A program made the translations under genes and the position numbers. From the NCBI RefSeq assembly GCF_006345805.1, contig NC_043010.1:48794001-48858000 (forward strand): a stretch of DNA of 64,000 nt, in the 5' to 3' direction. Source of the stretch: Octopus sinensis (lineage: Eukaryota). Below, one piece after another: positions 12,756-25,097 of this stretch (position 1 is its first letter; each line of letters starts with the position of its first letter). The notes beneath the pieces were generated by a model. The model ran no database searches, was not told where the DNA came from, and worked only from the letters and a program-made list of their open reading frames with translations.

Positions 12756-13359
12756 CTTTAGAATACCCTTTTCTACTCAAAGAAATCAAAAACAGTTGAT
12801 GTGTTATTGTTGCCAAGAACACGCAAGAAAGAAAGTGTTCTCCAATCAAATATGTAACAGACGATCTCTTGACAAAATGGAGATACAAATATAACGATCT
12901 GAAAACAGATATTTAGAATGTGGGAACTGGAAATAAAAACAATTTCTATAATAATAGATGACTTGGGAAAGATTTGAAAAATACGCTGACTTATACATAA
13001 GCCAAACTCTGGGACTTCAAATTGTCAGATAGATACAATATATAGAAAACACTACGGCCAGATACTGTAAACATATATAGAGCATTTCACTGTGATCAAC
13101 CATACAAAATCAAAACAAAACATCACACGTGCGCAAAGTTCATAGGGCTGCACTCAGTAATGCAGTGAAAACATGCAATAAAACTAAAACTACCGAATAA
13201 TAATAATAATAATAATAATAATAGTTTCGTATTTTGACATAGGGTCGCCAGTTTTTGAAAGGAAGGGGAAGGAAGTCGATTGCATTAACTCCAGTACTTG
13301 ACTGGTACTTATTTTATCGGTCCTGAAACGATGAAAGGCAAAGCCGACTTTGACGTAAA

Positions 13360-13620
13360 GTGCTTAGCAGCCTTAAAAAAGACTATAACAGGAAACGAGG
13401 AAGAAAAGCAGCGAAGACCAGTCGAGACAGCATAAAGAGCTGCGGACGTCAGTTGCAGAGCACCGTCAGTCAGAGGAAATGGTGGAGGAAGTCAAGTTTC
13501 ATTCTGTACTTGATACAAGCGAACAATCACCCTGTCCCTTAGTGATAGTAATCAGAATGGTAGTACCATTCAATCGTTGCCTGTCGAGGGAGAAATAGTG
13601 ATATTGGCACTTTGTCAATA
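13360..13620 (+). mobile_element. Partial inverted copy of the retroelement ORF1 remnant at 14680-14925
   Basis: ~240 bp aligned by eye to the reverse complement of 14680-14925. Confidence 0.75.
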
Positions 13621-13870
13621 TCATTTAAGCGCTTTGTCCGACGCGCTGACGATACTGACAGCTCGCCAAGGTCTTAAAGGAATGCAAAAATGCGTTGAAC
13701 GTTCAATAGAGGGCCTACAAAGGGGTGTGTGTAAGGGATGAAACAAAAATGTTATGCAAAGACGAAGTGGCAGATGAAATACGTTATTCAACTGGGAATA
13801 AATTAAAATTACGGAGATGTACTTGCATAGCAAGTGATTTGATCTGAGATCGTGTGCTGGAACGAAAACA

Positions 13871-14056
13871 ATTGCAGCGTGGAAGGTGTTTGTAAGCCAT
13901 TTAAGAAACACAGCTGCATCTCAGATGCAGCACGGATTTTTGTCGCGGTCTTAAAGCGACGAAAATATTTTGACAAATTAAACTTAAATGTTGAAGTGAA
14001 TCGAACGGCTTTTGTTTGTTTCTTAAATGGCTTACAAACACCTTCTACGCTGCAAT
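13871..14056. mobile_element. 186-bp MITE with 40-bp TIRs
   Basis: attgcagcgtggaaggtgtttgtaagccatttaagaaaca versus the reverse complement of 14017-14056, 1 mismatch. Confidence 0.85.
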
Positions 14057-14229
14057 AAATTAAAAATTTATAACATAAGCAATTTCACAGAAATAAATGA
14101 AAAATATAATAAAACACATTAATTAAAACAAATTGAAATTAAAAGGAAATAAAACGTGAAAATCATAATTGATTCTCGTTCACATACAAGGAAGAACCTT
14201 CTAAGCTAGATCATTATCTGCCTGTAATT

Positions 14230-15160
14230 GTTCGTACGGCAGCCTCGTCAGTTAACATCTTTTCGAGTTGGTTAGGGCTGAATACGACCCACGTCTTAAA
14301 TCTAACATTTTCATTGGTTGTAATACATTTGTATTGTTTTTACCAACAAACTGTTCTTCACGTATGTTCTATGCTCTAACTCCAGTTGTGCCTCTGTCAT
14401 TTTGATATCACTGAAGTATTTATGGTCTAACAAACGTGTAATTTTGTCTATCAGCAGTTGTTTTGGTCTTCGAATAACGATGAATCTCCTTTCATCGTTC
14501 TCTTCATCATCATCATCATCATCATCGTTGTCTTCCTCATATTGTGAAGGGACATCATTGTTTTTTTTGGAGAAGTGTGTTCCTCCTCATCCAATTTTGC
14601 AATCTTCTCTTGCTGTTGATTTTCTTCATAGGGATCTCTTTCTCTTCTTTCCTTTTATATTTCTTCAAGTAGTTTGGATACTTTCTCTGCTGCCAATATC
14701 ATTATTTCTCCCTCGACATAGATTGAATGGTATTACTGATTACTTCCATTGAGGGACAGGGTGATTGTTCGCTTGTATCAAGAACTGAATGAAACTTGAC
14801 TTTCTCCACCATTTCCTGTGACAGACGGTGTTCTGGAACTAACGCCCGCAGTTCTTTTTGCTCGACTGGTCTTCGCTGCTTTTCTTCCTCGTTTTCTTTT
14901 ATAGTCTTTTCAGTTCTTCAGGGCAAAAGACTCTTAAGTGATTCTTACTACGAAATGTACAGCAACTAGGCATTGGATCCTGCACCATCTGTCTCATGCC
15001 CTTTGTCTCATTGCATACAGTTCAAGTATAGTCTTGTGGCCTTGTGAGGTTATTAGAACTTGTAAATCCATTCTGATATACATATTTTGTTCTCTGTATA
15101 TGAGGAAAAAAAAACGAAGTACAATCTTGAAGCTAGAATACTCTGAGGGAAAAGGATTAT
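14230..15160 (-). mobile_element. Decayed gag/ORF1-like region with a CCHC zinc knuckle
   Basis: C-CT-F(C)-RSKN-H-LRVF-C (ttt is one change from tgt), followed by an acidic charged region and RRFIVIRRPKQLLIDKITRLLDHKYF; stops and frameshifts. Confidence 0.55.
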
Positions 15161-15732
15161 GAAAAGAAAGTGGGCATTATAATTCCTGAAACAAAATGGC
15201 AGAAAACCTCTTTGTGGTATTTATACTATAAAGCTGGATTTTGAGGAAATGTGAAAACATGTAAATCAATATATTGAACTAAAAATAGAAACATATTTTA
15301 TTTAAGCTGAACGTGGTCGATATACGTACAGCCATTAAAAAAACTATCAAAATAAAGTAATTGAACAAACAAGTTAACGTCGACTGCATATTACTTCTGA
15401 GAATTCATACTGATAGTTTCACTTCGCAATGACAAACGCACAATAACCACGCCTTAGATAACTCTCGTTGGTTGTGGTACCGCCTCGGTGTAAAATTGAA
15501 AAGTAATGATAACGGTAATAATAATAATGATGGTCTCAAATTTTGGCACGGGAGTTTCGGGGGCGGGAAGGAAGTCAATTACATCGACCCCAGTGATCAA
15601 CTGCTACTAATTTTATCGACTCCCGGAAGGACGAATGGCAAAGTCAACCTCGGCGGAATAATAATAATAATAATAATAATAATGATGATAATAATAATAA
15701 TAATAATAATAATAATCATAATAATAATAGAT

Positions 15733-16290
15733 GCCCTGATGCAGTACCAGGCAGTGGCTCTCGTGGCTTCTGATCTTAACTGATTGCAAGTGTTACCATG
15801 TACATTGTTTTGTCTTGGTATAAAAGATAGGCTACAGCAAATATTCTGCTCAATACCAGAGATTTGCTTGTCAGTTGTTTGACCATAACCAATTGAGCAT
15901 GTCTCTTAGTGGCTGACAATATGTGCATCACTAATCACAAGCAGAAGTGGGGGGGGGCATCATAGCCATGTGTTGAGAGGGATTCTTTGAGGTTTGAATA
16001 ATTCACCTCTGGAAACATGGGTGTTTCGTTCAACATCCTTAAACAAACCTTATTCAGGGACCTTTAGAACGGGATGGGCTACTCGAGCAAAATAAAATTC
16101 TAACTGCACCCCCACCTGCAAGATCATGCGCTGTTTATCTTGATATGAGATCACCATGTCGCGCACATATGGTTGTGATGCATGTGCCTAGAGTACCCTT
16201 ATCAGACAGGTAGTCATGGTGTGTATACTGGGCTTCGTATATTTTACCTCAGTGTCACTTTGATGGCATGCACTGCTCTCTCACTCAATA
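15733..16290. mobile_element. ~550-bp interspersed element flanked on both sides by (AAT)n
   Basis: Non-coding block bounded by AAT microsatellites; family not identified. Confidence 0.5.
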
Positions 16291-16316
16291 ATAATAATAA
16301 TGATAATTTTCTCGTT

Positions 16317-16500
16317 CAAATATGGAGACTTGAGAATAGATGTCGAAAATGTGGAATATAAAAGCAAGAGTGATACCAGTTGTGATTGGAGTACTTGGGT
16401 CGGTGACGGAAAACCTTCAAAAACACCTTGACACCATTGAAATCTGTCCCAGCATTACACCTCAAAAGACACTTTTTTTTATATATAGTTAAGGCTAATG
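16317..16500 (+). mobile_element. Dong/R4 LINE C-terminal (RLE-side) fragment
   Basis: KYGDLRIDV..MWN..RVIPVVIGVLGSVTENLQKHLDTIEI matches the KY.DL..E...MW...IPVVIGALG motif. Confidence 0.7.
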
Positions 16501-17111
16501 GGATTCTCAACAGCTGCAAACAGCTTTCGTCTTTGAACCAGCGCTCCTATAATCTCGAACCGTACTAAACAAGATGAAGTTTTCAGTTATTGAGAAAAGT
16601 TAGTTTTCCTTGTGGCTATTATATACGAATCAAGAAGTTTTATATCATTCACTGAGCTTCTCTTGTTCTAGGCCATGATCATTCATACTACAGAACTTTC
16701 AGGCTAGGACCATACAAAGAAAGCAGGGTATTAACTTAAAGCAAAATGACTTCAGATTTGGAAATGAACTAGTTTATAACTGACGTCTTCCTGGCACCTA
16801 AACGTTTTCTACATCTCTGGAGAACAGGTTTACCACTTTAAAGATGACTGTGGAAAACTGAGAGAAGGCTTGCCTCGTGAAGCCGGCGATCTGGCAGAAA
16901 CGTTAGCACGCCGGGCGAAATTCCGCCGAGGTCGACAGTTTTTCATTTGAGCCATCATACATTACTGCGTGGCATTTTTTCTTCCTTTTTTTTTTTAGTT
17001 TGGGAGGAGGGAGTTTGGGAGTTCTTGTCTGCTTGTACATTTTTCTGTGTCAGAGGGGGATGGGCAGGTTTGGTGCCTGTAGGGGGAGGGTGGATCGAAT
17101 GCCGCTAAAGA

Positions 17112-17532
17112 TTCTTATTTCGTTACTGCCCACAATGGGTCACACACAGAGGGGACAAACAAGGACAGACAAGAGGATTAAGTCGATTATATCGACCCCA
17201 GTGCGTAACTGTTACTTATTTAATCGACCCCGAAAGGATGAAAGGTAAAGTCGACCTTGGCGGAATTTGAACTCAGAACGTAAAGACAGACGAAATACCT
17301 ATTTCTTTACTACCCACAAGGGGTTAAACACAGAGGGGACAAACAAGGACAGACACACGGATTAAGTCGATTATATCGACCCCAGTGCGTAACTGTTACT
17401 TATTTAATCGACCCCGAAAGGATAAAAGGCAAAGTCGACCTCAGCGGAATTTGAACTCAGAACGTAAAGACAGAGGAAATACCGCAAAGAGCATTTCGTC
17501 CGACGTGCTAACGTTTCTGCCAGCTCGCCGCC
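17112..17532 (-). mobile_element. SINE family B dimer
   Basis: Two bodies joined at aaagaaata|ggtatttcgtc (17299/17300). Confidence 0.9.
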
Positions 17533-17793
17533 TTTATCGAAAATTAAAAGTAACAATAACAAAACAACAGGAGCACGTGCACATGGAATATATTAGTTCG
17601 ATGCTCGGTAAGAAGAGAGAGTTTTTGACGTTTCGAGTATAACTCTTCGTCGGACAGGAAAACGGAAAGGTTTAAAGAAAGAAAGAAATGCATCACCAAT
17701 ATCCCCAACATGGCTGAAATGACCGTGTATAGTTGTGGAGTCTATTTGTCATGTCGCCCGCAGAGAGCTTTTATCGTGAAGAGAAATGTTATT

Positions 17794-17940
17794 TCTATAT
17801 ATATAAAACTGAGAATGTGTGTCTGTCTGTCGGTCTGTCTGTGAGTTTCCCTAAAACTTGAGAACTACACAACCAATTTCATTCAAATTTTAGACATGCC
17901 TTACTTAAGGTCCGGAGAGTGTCATCGGCAAAAAAAAGAT
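17794..17940 (+). mobile_element. Helitron-type 5' end fragment
   Basis: tctatatatataaaactgagaatgtgtgtctgtctgt resembles the 5' ends at 28415 and 58916. Confidence 0.5.
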
Positions 17941-18184
17941 GCTAGATGGGTGGAAAAAATTGTAGTGATCAATAAAGAATCTCGTATATTTTATCTTCCA
18001 TTTCTTTCATTAATTTACATACCTGACTAAAGTAGTAGTAGTGGTATTCGTTCCTCCTCCTCCTCCTCTCCTTCTTCTTCCTCCTCCCCAACTCTTCTGT
18101 CTTCTTTTTTCTCGCTTCTTTTTCTGTCGAGTTTATGATAATGTGGTTGACGCTATTGTTACCGTAATCCATGTTGTATTTCGG

Positions 18185-18224
18185 CTAGAGTTCTTTCGTC
18201 ACACTTCTGTGACCTCATCAGTAG
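18185..18224 (-). ncRNA. Minimal type I hammerhead ribozyme motif (Penelope/retrozyme-like), intact core
   Basis: cta-CUGAUGA-G-GUCAC-agaagu-GUGAC-GAAA-G-aa-CUC-uag; stem I covaries with the homolog at 63947 (cca/ugg). Confidence 0.65.
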
Positions 18225-18289
18225 TTCTTTGCTTTCTTCTTTCTTTTTTGTGTGTCAATCCTTAATAGTGATCTGCCATTTTGTATTCT

Positions 18290-18323
<34 letters not shown>

Positions 18324-18329
18324 AAAACA

Positions 18330-18510
18330 CGGAGAAAAAAGACAAGAAAAACAACAACGTGAGGATGTTGTACGTACAAAGTATTAATGAGACGCTCAGA
18401 GAAGGAAAGAAAGAGTGGCTGTTTTACGTTTCGAGCATAGCACTTCTTCGGAAGCAAGAGACATAGGAAAGTTTGAAAGAAAAGGAAGGAGAAAAAAATC
18501 GCCAACAGTC
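18330..18510 (-). mobile_element. Short (TA)n-associated element with a degenerate hammerhead motif
   Basis: CCGAAGA-A-GUGC-uau-GCUC-GAAAC-GUA at 18422-18454; homologous to 63330-63500. Confidence 0.55.
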
Positions 18511-18858
18511 AACATGTAGTTACATTTTTGAAATGACCGGAAGTTGGTGGACAAAGAGAAAATGCTTTCTGGGACAGGAGAGTGTGAAGAATAGGTGGTA
18601 TATGTGTGTATGTACGCGTGTGTGAGTAGTGGCATGTGTTTATGTGTGTGTGTGGCATTAACTGAGTGTGTGTGTGTCGTGGTGGCATGTGTGCATGTGG
18701 TGGTGGTAGCATGTGTGCGTGTGAGAGCGTGTGTGTGTGTGGAAGTATCTGAGTGTGTGTGTGGTATTAACTGCTTACAGGTGTTTTTTGTGTGGGTGGT
18801 CTGTATGTGTCTTAATGTCGTAGTGAGAGATCAATATAGTTTTAATAATAATCAGGAG

Positions 18859-19260
18859 AACGGAGATTTTCCACGTCTATAATTTTATTAAACAGTTATT
18901 TACAACATTCTTTTTGTGGATCTACGCGCGTTTCAAATGCATCAACTGCACACTGTTAAGTGTATATCCTGGTGTTATTATCAGTACAGTATCATCAGGT
19001 GAACGATGGGTCATTGAAAGTACAACTATTTATTGTAACACCGACACTTTCTAAAATTAATTTATTCATTCAACTTCCTGATTTCGTCAGCTTAACTTCG
19101 AATGGCAGTAAACAATGGACCCTGATGATACTGTACCGACAATAACACCAGGATGAACATCTAACAGTATGCAGTCGATGCAGTTGAAACGCACGTAGTT
19201 CTACACAAGAATGCTGTAAATAATTGTTTACTAAAATTATAGATGTGGAAAATCTCCGTT
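18859..19260. mobile_element. Inverted pair of Penelope-like pseudo-LTR segments, each with a hammerhead-like motif
   Basis: ~140-bp imperfect inverted arms; each has CUGAUGA..long stem II..GAAAC-GC(G/A)C-GUA. Confidence 0.6.
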
Positions 19261-19639
19261 CGCCAGATTATTATTAATATTATTATTCATTCTACGGAAA
19301 CTATGCAGTCCTGAATAGGACACTCGGATTTACCAAGTGAGAAAAATTACGGGAGTTCAACAGCTTTTTGCTAACTGAGTAACTCGGGTATCACCAAGAT
19401 ACGCTGTTGTTAGCCAGCATGCAAAACCGATTGAAGAGAAAACACGGAAACCGCCAGTGTTACATATCTCTTTGAAATCATTTTTGGATATATCTCTTTC
19501 TTTCTCTTTTTTTGTTCTCTCTCTCTTTTCTCTTTTACTTGTTTCAGTCATTTGACTGCGGAATTTGAACTTAGAAGGTAAAGACCGACGAAATATCACT
19601 AAGCATTTTGTCAGGTGTGCTGACCATTCGACCAAATAT

Positions 19640-19880
19640 TCGTTTCTGCCATAGGCACAAGGCCTGAAGTTTTGTGGGAAGGGGTTAGTCAAGTGCTCGA
19701 CTACCCAGTGCTCGACTGGTACTCAAGTACTCAAGTGCTCGACTGGTACTCATTTTATCGACTTCGAAAGGATGAAAGGCAAAGTCGACCTCGGCAGAAT
19801 TTGAACTCAGAAAATAAAGACGGACGAAATTCTGCTAAGCATCTTTCCTGGCGTGCTAACCATTCTGCCAGCTCGCCGCT
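19640..19880 (-). mobile_element. Older Nin-core SINE (ggccttgtgccta tail type)
   Basis: Same head and core as family B, different 3' tail; similar to 33735-33945 and 60470-60680. Confidence 0.75.
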
Positions 19881-20560
19881 TTCGTCGCCTTAACTATTAA
19901 GAAGTAATGATTTCAGATTTTGACTCAAAGTCAGTAACTTCTGGGTAGGGGTGATAGTCGGTTTCATCGATCCCAGTGTTTAACTGGTACTTATTTTATC
20001 GCTCCCACCACACTCCGAAGGATGAAAGGCCAAGTCAACTTTGGCAGACTCTGAACTCTGAAATCAGAACGTAAAATGCTGCTCAGCATTTTGTGAGTCT
20101 TTATATGTTGTTGTCAAATGGGAATCTCACGTATTGTGCAAAGACGACGCCAACAGCAACAAGACCTTTTGTTTAATATACGGGATTGTGGCTTCAGCTA
20201 CTTTTAGCAGTTCTGCATTTTGTTCTTAATCTGGCTATACTCATCTAAATCTGAAAATTTCTAAAGGCTACAACGGAATATATTTGTAACAAACTGATCG
20301 AAAAGCATTTAGACAACTCCAAAAGAAATTTTCTACAGGATTAAACGACCTTACAACATTAGCAACCAAATTTCACTCAAATAACACCCTGCCTTCTCTT
20401 TAAATGAAAGAGTCATTAGATTACGTAGCCTTCAATAATCTAGAGAATATGTCGGAATAAAACAGCGATTTGTGAACTGGCAGAATCGTTAGCAAGCTGG
20501 ACAAAATGCTTAGCAGTATATCTTCTGGCTTAACGTTTTGAGTTCAGTTTCTGCTGAGGT

Positions 20561-21049
20561 CTTCTTCTTCCAATCAGGACTCGCGCCATTAGGCACAGAG
20601 AATAATCTCTAATTCGAGCCTACTCTAAGCTACTAAGAATGCGTGCGGCAACTTGAAGATCCACTCACCACACGCAATAGACTGGCGGTTGCACAGGCAC
20701 GAAAGCTACGTTGTTATCCTCATTCCGTAAACGGTAGCTTTTAACGGGTGGAGAGCTGAACCATCCTGGGGTACAGAGGATTCGCAATCTAGACTAGGAT
20801 CTGAAAGTTTACCACACCATAGTGGGTTACACTATGCTTCCTCTGCTTTATGGCAGAAGTAGAAAGAAAGAGTGAGAGAAAGTTGTAGTGAAAGAGTACA
20901 AAAGGTTTCACCCACTCTCTACGCCGGAGCATCGTGGAGCTTGTGTGTTTTTGCTCAATAAACACCCACAATTCCCGGTCTGGGAATCGAAACCACGTTC
21001 TTACGACCGCGAGTCCGCTGCCCTAACCACTGGGCCATTGCGCCTCCAC
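20561..21049 (-). mobile_element. SINE with family-C head and an alternative 3' half ending in (GAA)n
   Basis: 11-bp TSD tctgctgaggt at 20550-20560 and 21050-21060, inside an older Nin-core SINE. Confidence 0.85.
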
Positions 21050-21924
21050 TCTGCTGAGGTTGACTTTGCCTGTCATCTTTTCGGTGTCGATAAAATTAGT
21101 ACCGGTTGAACTCTGAGATCGATATAATCGATTTCCCTCCCCCCTCATAGTTGCTGGGTTTGTGCAAAAAATTTTGCCAGAATAAATAAAAGACAAATGG
21201 GCAAGTTTTGAATATCTTTGACTATGGGTCTGCTGCATTAACAACAAAAGCAGTAAAATTGTGTAAATCTTGGCAAAAACAATGAAATTCCGAACTAAAT
21301 ACCTTTTAGTATTCAATCTCATCCTTTTACGTTTTGAGTTCGAATCCTGTCAGAATTGTTACTATGGAGTCCAAAAGTAAAAATTAATCTGTAAAGAACT
21401 CTAATACACTTTCTCCCTCTTTCCCTCTCTCTCTTTTCTCTGTCGTTCTGCCCCTTTCTCTCTCTTTCTCTCTCTTTCTCTTTCACACACACACTCTCTC
21501 TCTTTCTCTCTCTTTCTTTACTGTTTATTTAGGGAGAGAAGGTTGGTGCCACAGACTCTGAGACTGGCGTTGGGGAATGAATAGAGGAATATATGCTCAG
21601 ATCAAAGACCTATCTTAAATGCTAGCAACAGGGTGGGCTCTTCCAAGGGCATCCAAAGACCAGGTTTTGGGGTTATACTAAGCGAGGAATAACATCTTAC
21701 TACCCAAGAATTCAAAACGCAAAGTATCAGAAGAAATACCATGAGGTGTCACGCCCAACACTGACAAGTTTTTCGAACAACCACCATTAACTGGTACTTT
21801 ATTTTATCGACCCCATAAAGATGAGCAGCAAAGTTGTCCTCTGCAAAAATTAATTTCTGAGCCAGTTAAGAGAAATAATTATTACAATTAAATAGACATG
21901 TTTTTTTTTTAATAATGTAGGCGT

Positions 21925-22310
21925 ACGAATGACTATGTGGTGAAGAAGTTCCATTTGAAACCGCGTGGTTTTGGTTTCAATCCCATTACGCGGCTTCTTA
22001 GGCAAATGTCTTCTATTACAACCCTGGGCCGGGCCGACCAATGCCTTGTGAGTGAATTTGGTAGTAGGAAACTATGTGAAAGCCCGTCGTGTGTGTGTGT
22101 GGTGTGTGTGTGTGTGTGTGTGTGCTTGTGTTTGTGTCTGTCACCCACCATGCTTGACAACCGGTCCGGCAAAAGAAATCGATAGAATAAGTATCAGACT
22201 CTTAAAACAAAACAAGGGTACTCGGGATCGATTTGCACGGCTAAACCCTCGAAGGCGATGCTACAGCATGGCCTCAGTTTAACGACTGAAACAAGTAAAA
22301 GATAATGATT
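21925..22310 (+). mobile_element. SINE family A (diverged)
   Basis: Both halves with an internal (TG)n tract. Confidence 0.75.
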
Positions 22311-22877
22311 TACAGCTTCATATACGAATATAATCTTTCCTAAATGTTAGTGAAAGTCTGATGAGAACGTGTTATCAAGGATAACTTTATCACAAACATT
22401 AGTCTTAGAGTTAATGCTTAAACTGAGTCTAGTCACTACTTGTGTAAGAACACATAGTTTATTTGTAAGCACGTGACCACCAAATGAAAGCACGTGACCA
22501 CCAAATGGATGACCAGGATTCCGATTGTGGTACGAATCTTTATCAGCTCCAAATGCTTATCCTCATGTAATATCTCATACACTTGTGAACAACTTATAGC
22601 ATTTTGAAATCCAGCGAGAGAACATCTACACAATCACTCGGCTCGACCTCCTGCTTGAGATAGCACTTAAATCTCCCTCCGATCACATCTCACTATTCTA
22701 AAAAATTAAAAGACAATACACTACGAGACAACAATGTCTAAAGGAAAGACCAGATGGTCATGGTTAGAATGGCTATGACCATAACTCTGATGTGGAACTT
22801 AACAACATCAATAACAATAACTAATGATTATTTATATCCAAACTAACGTAGCAGTCCATAGAAAAGGGCGAATACAA

Positions 22878-23019
22878 CCATTGATTAGCTCCGAGAGGCG
22901 ATCGCCTCTAGGTAGCTATACGATGCACGAACCTGCGTCCATAAACCTTCGAACCTGGACGCAGGTTCGTGCGTCATATAGCTAACTAGAGGCGTTCGCC
23001 TCTCGGAGCTAATCAACGG
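22878..23019. repeat. GC-rich hairpin (~64-bp arms, 14-nt loop)
   Basis: ttgattagctccgagaggcg..gcacgaacctgcgtcca / tggacgcaggttcgtgc..cgcctctcggagctaatcaa. Confidence 0.9.
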
Positions 23020-23519
23020 CAGCATTCGTCCTATTTCTACGGACTGCCACGTTAGTTTGGCAATAAATATTAGCACTCAGTACTGCTACTGTATCTCTCC
23101 TTTGGAGAGATTTAGAGATTATGAAATAACTTATGACATTCTACTAATATCCTGATAGAAATGTAAGTCCGACGAAAATCCTAAACCCTAAACGAAAGAT
23201 CCTTTTGTAGTTATTGTTTTTACCCATCATGTTACTTGGGTTTTCGTGTACCCTGGTCAGTTGTTGACCCACTGACACCATTTATATTTCTGTTGCATAA
23301 TATATTTTATAGCAATCCTTGTACGTACATATACATGTATATTGTTGGTATATATTTGTAGACAACTCAACGTAAACATATCAACAATTATATCCATTTC
23401 TTTACAAAGAATAGCTTCGATCTATAGACATCTTGGTTATAGGCCCCGTACACTTTCACTGTGCCATTCTGATCAACGAGTAAATAATGTATTATTTTCT
23501 ATTATAACCCTCTTCGCAT

Positions 23520-23727
23520 CTCTCTTTTCTCTTTTACTTGTTTCAGTCATTTGACTGCAGCCATTATGAAGCACCGCCTTTAGTCGAGCAAATCGACCCC
23601 AGGACTTATTCTTTTGGAAGCCTAGTACTTATTCTATCGGTCTTTTTTGCCGAACCGCTAAGTAAATACGGGGACGTAAACACACCAGCATCGGTTGTCA
23701 AGCATACATATATATATATATATATAG

Positions 23728-23819
<92 letters not shown>

Positions 23820-23990
23820 CGATAGGCTTCTTTCAGTTTCCGTCTACCAAATCCACTCACAAGGCTTTGGTCGGCCCGAGGCTATGCTATAGTAGAAGAC
23901 ACTTGCGCAAGGTGCCACGCAGTAGAACTGAACCCGGACCATGCAGTTGGTAAGCAAGCTACTTACCACACAGCCACTCCTGCGTTATAT
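23520..23990 (-). mobile_element. SINE family A
   Basis: Full length with an internal (TA)n tract. Confidence 0.85.
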
Positions 23991-24574
23991 AGCCACTCCT
24001 ATGTTATATACTTATTTATTTATTTACTTGCTGAGACGGCAAGCTGGCGGCATCGTTATTGTACCAGATAAAATACTTCGTGGTATTTCGCTCAGCTCTC
24101 TACGCTCTGAGCTCACATGCCGTCGACATCAACTCTGCCTTTTATTATTCCGGGCGTAAATAAAATAAGTACGAGCTGTGAACTATGTGCGATATAATCG
24201 ACTAGACTCCTCCTTTAAAATTTCAGGTCTTTTGCTTACAGTGGAAACGATTATTTATTTACTTATTAAAGCGGCAAGCTGGCCAAATCGTTACTGTGCT
24301 GGACAAAAACCTTAGCAGCATTTCGTCAGGCTCTTTATGTTCCGAGTTTAAATGCTGCCGAGGTCGACTTTGCCTTTTGAGCAAATCGGGGTCGATAAAA
24401 TAAGTACTAGTGGAGAACTATGGGCACTGTAATCTATTATCTCCCTTCCTCAAAATTTCAGGCGTTGTGCCTGCCTATAGTAAAAAGAATGATTTATTTA
24501 TCTGTATTGGACTCAGTCAAATATAGTAAATACGCCATTAACTGCGATGTTTATTTACTGAAAGGCGATAAGTG

Positions 24575-25010
24575 TAGGTGTGTGGTAAGAAGCTTGCTTC
24601 CCAAACAAATGGTTCGGAGTTCAGTCCCACTGCGTGGCACTTTGGGCAAGTGTCTCCTACTATAGCCCCTGGCCGACCAAACCCTTGTGAATGGATTTGA
24701 AAACTGAAAGAAGCCCATCGTATATATATATGTCTGTGTGCGCGCGCGTGTGTGCGTGTGTGTGTGTGTGTGTGTTGTGTGTGTGTGTGTCTTTGTGTCT
24801 GTGTTTGTGCCTCCACCACTACCGCTTGACAACCGATGTTGGTGCATTTACGTCCCCGTAACCTAGCGGTTCGGCCATAGAGACCGATAGAATAAGTACC
24901 AGGCTTTGAAAATAAAAATAAGTGCTGGTGGGGGTTGATACATTCGACTAAAAATCCTTCAAGGCGGTGCCCCAGCATGGCTGCAGTCTAATGACTGAAA
25001 GAAGTAAAAG
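24575..25010 (+). mobile_element. SINE family A
   Basis: Full length with an internal (TA)(TG)n tract. Confidence 0.85.
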
Positions 25011-25097
25011 ATTTCCCTCTGCCGATACTCTGAGAGTCACATTTGACCAACCAAAATTTAAGAATTGCAAACTTCTCTGGGTTTCTCTTCATTTCAG

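Noticed and set aside
22350-22415. Further hammerhead candidate (ctgatgag..caaacattagtc); also ctgatgag at 40635 and 3881
   Set aside because: No GAAA at the right position and no stem I pairing
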